Origin: an uncultured Chloroflexia bacterium
GTDB lineage: Bacteria; Chloroflexota; Ktedonobacteria; Ktedonobacterales; JADMIN01
DNA length: 64,000 nucleotides
Direction of reading: 5' to 3'
Assembly (NCBI GenBank): GCA_963785845.1
Contig: CAWAWP010000003.1
Coordinates: 413,324-477,323 of the forward strand
Below the pieces are notes generated by a model. It had not been told where the DNA came from and did no database searches. It saw only the letters and a program-made list of their open reading frames with translations. This document shows, one piece after another, positions 53,278-61,527 of this stretch (positions are counted from its first letter, which is position 1; each line of letters begins with the position of its first letter). The position numbers and the translations under genes are program-made.

Positions 53278-54771
53278 CTATGGGCGACGCGGAGCGTTCG
53301 GCGGAGGCGGTCCGTACCGCGGGTCGCGGGGCGGTTGGCCTGGCTGGATGGCGCGTTGGCGCGCGAGGGTGCGCCGGTCGCGGCCAGCCTGGACGGCGCG
53401 GGCACGGGCGAGGGCCATCGCGGCGGCGCGCTCGCGGATCAGGCGGTTGCGGCGAAGCTGGCTGCTTATTATGAAGAAGCCGACGACGACGACGATCAGC
53501 CCGGCGAGGATGGCGAAGACCAGCGAGGTCCAGTCGTGCGCGACGGCGACGGTGGCGGAGCCGGTGGTGGGATAGGCGAATCCGTGCTGGTCAAGCACCT
53601 GCACGGTGACGTGGAAGTTGCCGTTGTTCTTGAATGACTTTGTGACGGTGGGTGCGGTAGTCGTCTTGGTGCTGCCATCGCCAAAGGTCCAGACGTAGGT
53701 TGTGGGCGTCGAGGGCGCCAATTGCCCGCCCGGCGCACTCCCAGGAGGCGCGCCGGAGGTGTCACTTGGCGTTGGAGTCGCGGGCATGGTCACCTGCGCG
53801 GTGAAGGTGACGGCATCGCCAGTGCTGGCCGATGTGGCGCTGGTGTCGAGCGCGACGGTGGGGAGTTGCTGCACGACCTCGACGTCGAAATACTTGACGG
53901 TCTGCGCGCCGGTTTTCTTGTCGGTGACGACCAGGGTGATGACGCTGGTGAGCGCGGGATTTTGGCTGACGAGATAGGCGCTGAAGGAATGGGACGCGCG
54001 GGGATCGCTCGACGTGGTGTAGTCGGCGAAGTTCCAGTAATAGGTGAGCTGTGAGCCGTCGGCAGCGTGCGAGCCGCTGGCGTCGAAGGCGATCGGCGTC
54101 TTGGGGTCGGTGATCACGGCGCTGGCCGAGGCGACGGCAACGGGCGGCGTCGGCGGCGCGGCGGCGATTACGGTGAGCGTGGCGCTGTCGAAATCGTTAT
54201 CCCACGCGCCGTTACTCTGCACCTGCGAAAAGATGGTGTACGTTCCTGGCTTGGTGAAGGTGTGCGTGGCGCTGATGCCACTTGCCGTGCCGCCGTCGCC
54301 GAAATCCCACCGCCACTGCAGGCCGCTAATGAACGCGGGGGTCAGCCCCATGTTGCTCAGATCCTCTTTGAACGCGACGGGCTGACCGGCAACGTAGTCG
54401 CTGGCGAAGAATCCGGTGATGGGCGTCTCAAGGGTTCCGCCTGGCTTGGGGCGCAGGGTGGATGGCTGATTGTTGGCGAGCATGGTAGGGGTGTTCACCA
54501 ACCCGCAGGCAAGCGCTGAGGACGCGGAGGAGCTCAGCAGGGGCGAGAACGCACCGGCGACGGCGGCGCAGAGGGCCAACGCCAGCAGCAGTTGCGCGCG
54601 TCTGCCATGCAGGATATGTCGCCACAGCACACGCCAGCGAGCCGCCCCGACTTTCTCGCCTCGCATGAGTTCCGCCTCCTCGCGTTCCACGCTCGCGGTA
54701 TCGCTCCGGCGCCGCTGTGGCGACTCCGCCGTGTGCGCCTCTGGCGCGATTATGCCGAGCGGTGTGCGCAT
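53278..54771 (-). CDS. membrane-anchored protein with three PKD-like domains
   Basis: W(R)WDFGDGGTASG..HTFTKPGTYT, YYWNFADYTTSS and YVWTFGDGSTKTT..KSFKNNGNFHVTV. N-terminal signal/TM and a C-terminal TM followed by an Arg-rich tail. Confidence 0.75.
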   Translation of the reverse strand: MRTPLGIIAPEAHTAESPQRRRSDTASVEREEAELMRGEKVGAARWRVLWRHILHGRRAQLLLALALCAAVAGAFSPLLSSSASSALACGLVNTPTMLANNQPSTLRPKPGGTLETPITGFFASDYVAGQPVAFKEDLSNMGLTPAFISGLQWRWDFGDGGTASGISATHTFTKPGTYTIFSQVQSNGAWDNDFDSATLTVIAAAPPTPPVAVASASAVITDPKTPIAFDASGSHAADGSQLTYYWNFADYTTSSDPRASHSFSAYLVSQNPALTSVITLVVTDKKTGAQTVKYFDVEVVQQLPTVALDTSATSASTGDAVTFTAQVTMPATPTPSDTSGAPPGSAPGGQLAPSTPTTYVWTFGDGSTKTTTAPTVTKSFKNNGNFHVTVQVLDQHGFAYPTTGSATVAVAHDWTSLVFAILAGLIVVVVGFFIISSQLRRNRLIRERAAAMALARARAVQAGRDRRTLARQRAIQPGQPPRDPRYGPPPPNAPRRP

Positions 54772-55014
54772 TGTCGAGGATGTGGGCGGAAGGTACGATG
54801 GCCGCGCGACGCGATTTTACAGATGCGCGCCACCGCTTTACAGATGCGCCACAGCGCACAGGCGCACACCATGCTCCATGTGTGGAGAACGATGCGCGCC
54901 TGTAGGCGTTTGTGCTGTCGGGTGCCGCGAACGCCCACGCAGCTTCGGCGCAAACGGCGAGGGGATCGCGGGGAGGCTGTTCGTGACCCTGCCGCGATCC
55001 CTTCAAGTGCTGCG

Positions 55015-56340
55015 CTAGTTGCGGGTGCTGCGCTGCGACTCAGACTTGGAGTAGCGGCTGAGCAGCTTCTGCGCGGTGTTGCGGTCGACACCGAGGCGCT
55101 CGGCGACGGCGGGGACGAGCACACTGGAGGCGATGGTCTTCTTGCCGCTGGAGGCACGCAGCTCGCGCATGACGTCGGCGATCGACTCGGCGACGTTGGG
55201 CGGCAGCGGCTCGTTGAGCGTGCGATTGAGCGTGCCAAGCTCGTTGGGACGGTGGACGGAGCGGCGCGGGCCGGAGGTGCCGGTCATCGCCTCGGCATCG
55301 CTCATCTCGTAGGGCTGGCTGGCGGCGGCGAGGTCGGCGCCGAAGAGTGTCGCAGGGCGCCGCGGGGCGGGCGCGAAGCTGACGGCGTCGCTGGCGGGCA
55401 CACCGGCGGTCCCCTGGACATCGGCGTCGAAGAGCAGCGACGGCTGCGCCATGTTGGCGCGCGCTCCGGTTGGCGCGGTGTGCGTGGCCGGGGTCGCTGC
55501 GGCGGCGTGGTTGCTGAAGGTCATCCCGCCACGACCAGACGCGGCAAGCTCGCGGCCCGCGGAGGGCGTGAAAGTCGGGTATTGGATGACGTTGTGCGCG
55601 CTGCCGCTATCCGCGGGCGAGGCGGTGGTGGCGTCGACTGCCGGCATCTCGCCACTGTCGGTGGCCGATTGGCCTTCGCTCGTGGAGTCGTCTTTGCGGC
55701 CAAAAGCGGCGCGCGCCTGGACACGAGCGGCGGCGGCGGTGGCGGCCATGCCTTTGAGTTGCGCGGCGCGGATGCGGGCATTGGCCTCGGCGCGGGCGGC
55801 CTTGAGTTCCGCCTCTTGCTGGGTGCGGAGCAGCTGCTCGGCATGGCTCTCCTGGATCTGCTGGAGGGTGCGGCCGGTGCGCGTCGGCTGGACGATTGCC
55901 CAGAAGAGGCCCCAGAACGGCGGCGCGACAGCGACCAGCACCATGGTGATGGAGATGTTGGCTGACTGCAACTGTGGCCAGATGTTATAGATCCATTGGT
56001 CGGTGTTGAAGGCGTGGAAGGAGATGCTGCGATAGGCGAGAGAGTTCCAGGTGGTGATGCCGGTCGCGATCAGCAGGCCGAGGCCGCAGAAGAGAGCCTG
56101 GATCCTGTGACCCTGGCCCCAGTGCCACGGCGCGAGTACCGAGAAGAGATAGGCCATGCCGACCAGGCCGACGGAGACGAAGGTCCAGAGGGCGAAGAAG
56201 CCCGCCTGCACAAGCGGCTCGGTGTTCGGCGGCTTTGCGCCGTCGGTGTAGACGTAGAAGTTGAAGATGCCGTCGGGGATGTAGAGGATGACGGGGAAGA
56301 TGTAATACAGCCGCGTGAGCCAGCGCGGCAGCGGAAGCAC
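55015..56340 (-). CDS. hypothetical membrane protein: N-terminal 4-5 TM, Ala/Arg/Gln coiled-coil, C-terminal HTH-like segment
   Basis: 441-aa ORF. TM region with YIPDGIFNFYVY, then AEQLLRTQQEAELKAARAEANARIRAAQLKG, and a C-terminus AVAERLGVDRNTAQKLLSRY. It vaguely recalls DUF2637-type proteins (unverified). Confidence 0.55.
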   Translation of the reverse strand: MLPLPRWLTRLYYIFPVILYIPDGIFNFYVYTDGAKPPNTEPLVQAGFFALWTFVSVGLVGMAYLFSVLAPWHWGQGHRIQALFCGLGLLIATGITTWNSLAYRSISFHAFNTDQWIYNIWPQLQSANISITMVLVAVAPPFWGLFWAIVQPTRTGRTLQQIQESHAEQLLRTQQEAELKAARAEANARIRAAQLKGMAATAAAARVQARAAFGRKDDSTSEGQSATDSGEMPAVDATTASPADSGSAHNVIQYPTFTPSAGRELAASGRGGMTFSNHAAAATPATHTAPTGARANMAQPSLLFDADVQGTAGVPASDAVSFAPAPRRPATLFGADLAAASQPYEMSDAEAMTGTSGPRRSVHRPNELGTLNRTLNEPLPPNVAESIADVMRELRASSGKKTIASSVLVPAVAERLGVDRNTAQKLLSRYSKSESQRSTRN

Positions 56341-57179
56341 TTTCTCGCTATCCTGAGCGCGTATTCACCTCAGCGGGCGCACTTTCATTCGCAGCGGGCG
56401 CGCTTGCAGCGCGCGTCGTCATCTCGGCAACTCGTGCCATACGTGGTCTACCTCCATGCCGTGTCGGCGCCCGCGAAGCCCGCGGGCATTCGTGCTGTAT
56501 GCCGCTAGCGTGAGACGGTTGCCGCCGCCTAGTTCGTGCTCAGCGCGACGGTCGCCTCGTGCTAGTCGTTACCACACCTGTCGGAAGCGCGCCCTCGGAG
56601 TCCACCGCTTATCCACAGATTTTGCGCGGCGCTCCGGCTTTGGGTGCGTAAACAGGAAGCGATGGGAGAGTACCCAAGCGTGCACGCGCTGTAAAGGGGG
56701 CTGGATGGGCTAGCTTGGCATCGCAAATTGTCGAGTTGCTGGCCGACCTCCTCGATGGAGGTCGCAAAAACGGTGATGAGTAGGAGGAAGGGCCTACACT
56801 GCCTGCCCGATCTGGCTAGCAATTTGCGGAGTGCGCGCTAGGTCGTAACTGTGCCGACCGCCTGGTGAAACACCAGCGCTGTGAGGCATTCCATGAGGAT
56901 TCTAGAGGATTTGTGGCAAGCGCACGGGCAGACAAAGTGCCTCAATGAGCGATCTGTGGGCGACTTGTGGGAAACGCGTGTGCAAATCCGTTCTTTGGGC
57001 GTAAAACTCGTGGGGCAGGTCACCCTAACGGGCTAGGCCGTCTGGTCACCGAGCGGCTGCTCCCGAGCTTCGCGGAGTTCGGCCCGATAGTTGCGTCAAC
57101 GAAAAGGGAGTGCTGCTGAGGCGTCGTACGGGAGATCACGGAGGGTGGCGGAGCACGAAACAGAAGGCGAGAAGCGGCT

Positions 57180-57611
57180 ATGGCGATGGTGCTGGTAGTT
57201 GACGACGATACGGATATCCGCGCGACGGTGCGCGCGGCGCTCGAAGACGTGGGACATACGGTGCGCGAGGCGCGCGACGGCGCTGAGGCGATGACACTGC
57301 TGCGCGACGTGCCGGCGCGATTGGTGGCGCTGATCGATCTGCGCATGCCCAACGTGGACGGCTTCGCGCTACTGCACATGGTAAGCGAAGATTGGGAGTT
57401 GTCACGCCGGCACGCGTACGTGATCCTCAGTGCCGACACGCTTTCGCTACCAGTGGTGCGGGCGCTGCGATCGGCGACGGTGGTGGGAAGCGTCACCAAG
57501 CCGTTCGAACTCGATACGCTGCTGCAGGCGGTGGATGAGGCGGCGAGTTCGCTCGACGAGGGTGCGGATGGGGGCACGAATACCGGTACGACAAGCGAGA
57601 TCGGTGAGTAG
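57180..57611 (+). CDS. single-domain response regulator (CheY-like receiver)
   Basis: VLVVDDDTDIR..., LIDLRMPNVDG (phospho-acceptor Asp context) and ...GSVTKPF (conserved Lys). Confidence 0.9.
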   Translation: MAMVLVVDDDTDIRATVRAALEDVGHTVREARDGAEAMTLLRDVPARLVALIDLRMPNVDGFALLHMVSEDWELSRRHAYVILSADTLSLPVVRALRSATVVGSVTKPFELDTLLQAVDEAASSLDEGADGGTNTGTTSEIGE

Positions 57612-58233
57612 TGCGGCGGTTGGTTGGCGTGACGGTGCTGGCGCCGCACGCCGGATAGAGTGCCCTCCTGGGCTGAAGGTCTGTGACTCACCGCGACACG
57701 CGCGGTGTACTACCCCATCGTCGTCGGGTGCTGTGGTTGCGCGGCTGATGCCAGGCTGAGCGTCAGAGGCGCATCCTGAGGCCGCGCACGCGACGCACGC
57801 GATGCAGCACACAATGCACTGGCTAACCACCCAACCGCGATGGGTCTCGCAGACTACAGCCATTGAGCGATCAGTGGAGTCGTTGCGGAGAGGGGCGTTC
57901 TCCTGTCGGCGGCATTGGATGCACCCCAGCGCCAACCTGCCGATCTTGGCATGCCAAGTGCTGCCAAGCAGCCGCGACGCGCGACCATCGCTTGCGTGGA
58001 GAAAACCCGCGAGCGCTGCCGTGGTCCGTGGCCATGACCAGTGGCCGCACGGTAGGGACTAGACACAAGCAGCCCGCACCCGCTATCATGCGGCCAGTCC
58101 GTTCGCGCTTCCTCAGATATCGCCTGGCGGTGGGCCGCGCACGTCGCCTCCCACTGAAGGCATGACCTTGCCGGTCTCGGCGGGGCGCTCGCCGTACCGC
58201 GCGCTCGGAGAAGAGTTCAAGGGGAACGCGCCA

Positions 58234-59106
58234 ATGAAGCTCTCGCGCCGACTTGCCCCGCTCATGGCCGTATCGCTGTGCCTCGCCTTCGCGTCGTGTG
58301 ATGCGATCTCCAGCACCAACAGCACTAGCGTCACGCCCGCGCCCACCGTCACCACGCCGCACCGCGACGCGATCTTCGTGCAATATTGCGCCGACGACAC
58401 CGGCAGCTATCCGCGAGCGGATTTCTTCCTGGCGAACAAGCTGGTCGCCTCCAGCCTCGGCCAGTCTGTGGCAGCGAACTCCGACGGCCTTCAGGCCTAC
58501 GCCACCGCGATCACCAGTGATACCTACAATCCATCGAATACGCTGGCGCCGTTTGTGATCCCGGCGATCGCCGCGTACCCCTCACTGCCGACGCCGCTGC
58601 CGACGCCGCCAAATGACAATCCAGTCTCGTACTCCGCCACGGCGACGACGGTCGCCAATCAGAATAACGCTGGCATCACCAGCTACAACGACGCCGTCGC
58701 GCAGACCACCGCGCAGGTCAAAGCCGTGGAGACTCAGGTGACGACCGATGCGAAGCGCCTGGCGAACTGGAATCCCAAGATCGACTCCAAGGCCACCAGC
58801 GTTTGGGGCTGCCTGCAACTGGCGCGGCAGCGCTTCGCCACGCAAAGCGGCACGAAGTACCTGATCATCGCCTCGGATATGCAGAACAACACCAGCGTGG
58901 ACTACACATCCGATTTCACCGCGCACCAATACCTCAAAGGCGTCAATGTCAGCGTGATCTATTACGTCTGCCAGAACGGGGCGGGCGCTTGCCAGAGCCT
59001 GCAGAATCAGTGGACGCATGTCTTCACCGCATCGGGCGCGAAGTCGGTGAAGTTCAACGATCCCGCCCAGTCCGACGCGCTGGGCAACCTGTTCGGAGGT
59101 GCATGA
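58234..59106 (+). CDS. lipoprotein with vWA-like (MIDAS-containing) fold
   Basis: Lipobox LAFASC. Candidate MIDAS residues in vWA order: IFVQYCADDTGSY (DxTxS), KATSVWGCLQLARQRF (Thr), YLIIASDMQNN (Asp) and GVNVSVIYYV. A Pro-rich/coiled insert lies in the middle. Confidence 0.55.
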   Translation: MKLSRRLAPLMAVSLCLAFASCDAISSTNSTSVTPAPTVTTPHRDAIFVQYCADDTGSYPRADFFLANKLVASSLGQSVAANSDGLQAYATAITSDTYNPSNTLAPFVIPAIAAYPSLPTPLPTPPNDNPVSYSATATTVANQNNAGITSYNDAVAQTTAQVKAVETQVTTDAKRLANWNPKIDSKATSVWGCLQLARQRFATQSGTKYLIIASDMQNNTSVDYTSDFTAHQYLKGVNVSVIYYVCQNGAGACQSLQNQWTHVFTASGAKSVKFNDPAQSDALGNLFGGA

Positions 59107-59107
59107 G

Positions 59108-61240
59108 ATGCCAGACTTTTTGACTCCCGGACTCATCGCTATCATCGCTGCCGTGGTCGTGGCGTTGCTGCTGATCGCCGTGTCGCCGCAGAGCATCGCC
59201 GACGCCTTCGGCCAGGTCTTCCAGTTGCTGAGCCGGCTGGTCGCCGCGGTGGCGGGTGAGGCGGAGCTAGGCGCCACCACGCTCTTTGGCGTGCTTGGGG
59301 GCGTTTTCAACGCGCGCCCGCCTAAACCCGCGACTGCGCCTAGCCCTTCGTCCACCGCGGTGACGCCCGCCGCGACGCCCGGCGCTGCGCCGAGTTCCGC
59401 GCCCTCTACGCAGCCCGCGCCAGCCTCGGGCGCGCAACCCGCCGCGCAAGACGAGAACACGGAACTGCCGTTTTCGTGGATCGCCGAGACGGTCTTCACA
59501 CGGTTGCTCTACCTCGCCACTGTGGCGATCATCGTCGCCTCGGACTTCGTCTTCGCCATCTTGCGCTTGCAAGCGGTGCTCTTCCCTTCGCTGCAACCGC
59601 CGATCACGGATCTCGCCTTTCTCAGTCTGCTGACCGGCGCACTCTTCGTCTCCATCGTCCTTCTGACCGGCGCGCTAACACTTGATTTTCTCGACATCCT
59701 GCCGCAACCGGTGCGTCTCTTCCCCACGCTGCGCGAAAACATGCGCCGGCTGCTGCTCTTCATCTCCGTTCTCAGTCTGGTGCTCGCGCTGGTGGTCGTC
59801 GGCGCGCTGTTCTTGCAGGGTCAGTTGCTCAGCTCGCTCTCCGAGACGGCCCCGGTGGCCGCAGTCGCGCTGGCGGCACTGCTCGGCATTTTGCAGGTGC
59901 TGGTGGTCTTCCTTGGCGCCTGGGGCGCGGTGCGCGGCCTGGCGATTATCCTCGCGCTGATCGGTGGGGTGATCGGCATCGTCCTGCATCTCATCGCCGT
60001 CGTCCTCGAATGGCTCTCCGAGGCGCTTGATCTCATTGGCACATCGGTCATCGCCGATATCATCTGGGGCATCGCCGCCGTCTTCGGGCGCAAACGCCCC
60101 GGCGAGCGCATCCAGCGCACGGCTCTGTTGACCAACGTCCTCTCGGTGGTCGGCTATGGCGACCGTAGCAGCACCTTCACCGCCGGCCTCGTGCAGGACG
60201 TGCTGAGCATGTACGGGCGGGCGGGCTTGCTGGCCGTCGGCACCTACGCGCAGGAGCCTGCCGTGCTCTCCGACGTGCAAGAGCGCTTTGGCCGCCTCGG
60301 CGTCAACAATATCAGCCCGATCCTGCCGCACGACTCCGATCCGCTTGGCTCGCTGAAGAGCCAGGTGCTCCGCGCCTACAAGGGCAAGCGCGCCACCAAC
60401 AAGATGCTGCTGTGGATCGTCGACGGCGAGCTGGCGACGCAGAGTGTCGATACGCTGGCGCAGATAAAGCGTTCGATGTCTGACCTCTCGATCACCGTGC
60501 TCTGCCTGCTGCCGCCAGGTGGCATCAAAGGGACGGAGCCGTTCAGCCGACTCAAGCAGCTCGCCACGCGCGACCAACACGCACAGAGCGTCATCGCCAC
60601 GACGATCATGGTGGACGACCGTTCGCCGATGTATCGCATCCTCGGCGAACCCAATGCCGATCGGCTCGTGGCACGCAGCCTCTCTGGCATGCTGCTGGCG
60701 CCGCTGCACAACACGGCCAATCCGTCGTTCGTCAACGTGGTGCGCGCGCTCAACGAAGCGGGACAGGCGTTCTCCGCGCTGGCGGTGGATTCCGCGGGTA
60801 TCGTTACCACCGATGGCACGGGGAGCGGCAATCGCACCACTGGCAGCGGCAGCGTCTCGCCCGAGTTGGCCCAGGAGCGCACGCAACAACTGGCGACACG
60901 CCTGCTCACCGGCACCAGCTCGACCACGGTGCAGCAGGGGCCGACGAGGAATCAGCCCGCGCTCTACCTCAACTTCATCGTGCCGATCTCGGCGAGGAGC
61001 CCCGAGGCCGCCGACTACCGCGGCAACATCAGCAACTGGCTTGCGGATCACTACTCGATCTATCTCTACGGCGTCGTCGATGGCGAGGGCGTCGATCTTT
61101 CGGACAAGAACCCTGGCTCGCAGGGCGACCGCTACACGCAGGTGGGCGTGCTCTACGGCCTCGGCGATACGCCGCCGCAGACATCGACGGCTCCCGAACA
61201 AGCGTCCGCGCAGCCCCGCGTGGTGGACGCGGGCAACTAG
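59108..61240 (+). CDS. polytopic membrane protein with C-terminal degenerate FtsZ/tubulin-like domain
   Basis: The ATG lies 9 nt after GGAGG and directly after the upstream stop (59104..59106). About 7 TM helices plus a Pro/Ala linker. The C-terminal ~380 aa align by eye with FtsZ block by block (see finding), but the G-rich GTP loops are replaced. Confidence 0.55.
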   Translation: MPDFLTPGLIAIIAAVVVALLLIAVSPQSIADAFGQVFQLLSRLVAAVAGEAELGATTLFGVLGGVFNARPPKPATAPSPSSTAVTPAATPGAAPSSAPSTQPAPASGAQPAAQDENTELPFSWIAETVFTRLLYLATVAIIVASDFVFAILRLQAVLFPSLQPPITDLAFLSLLTGALFVSIVLLTGALTLDFLDILPQPVRLFPTLRENMRRLLLFISVLSLVLALVVVGALFLQGQLLSSLSETAPVAAVALAALLGILQVLVVFLGAWGAVRGLAIILALIGGVIGIVLHLIAVVLEWLSEALDLIGTSVIADIIWGIAAVFGRKRPGERIQRTALLTNVLSVVGYGDRSSTFTAGLVQDVLSMYGRAGLLAVGTYAQEPAVLSDVQERFGRLGVNNISPILPHDSDPLGSLKSQVLRAYKGKRATNKMLLWIVDGELATQSVDTLAQIKRSMSDLSITVLCLLPPGGIKGTEPFSRLKQLATRDQHAQSVIATTIMVDDRSPMYRILGEPNADRLVARSLSGMLLAPLHNTANPSFVNVVRALNEAGQAFSALAVDSAGIVTTDGTGSGNRTTGSGSVSPELAQERTQQLATRLLTGTSSTTVQQGPTRNQPALYLNFIVPISARSPEAADYRGNISNWLADHYSIYLYGVVDGEGVDLSDKNPGSQGDRYTQVGVLYGLGDTPPQTSTAPEQASAQPRVVDAGN

Positions 61241-61527
61241 CGCTAGCACTTCGCGGCTTACCGTGGGCGACTCTCGACGTGAACGCGTCCTGAGCCGCCC
61301 ATACGTGCGCGCAGACGCGGGCTATCTCTGCACACTCGGCACGGATTCTGCTGCGCGTGATGCGCTACTCTGGCAACGTCATCAGTTGTGGCGCGGAGGG
61401 TTCATGGGGCGTGTAGGTGGAGAGTCGGCGGAACATGTGTCCGCGGTGGCGGCATCGACTCGCCGGAAGCCCGCGAGCTGGACGTTCTCTCGCGGCGGGC
61501 GGCCGCTCCGCGCCGGAGCCGCCACTA

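Noticed and set aside
57447-57935. Cys-rich 162-aa minus-strand ORF (possible RiPP precursor)
   Set aside because: It overlaps the 3' end of the response regulator gene and has no RBS that I could see or any neighbouring maturation enzymes. It is only mentioned within the gene-poor-gap finding.
59675-61249. 524-aa minus-strand ORF
   Set aside because: It is antisense to the FtsZ-like membrane protein gene, with Arg/Asp/His-rich shadow composition.
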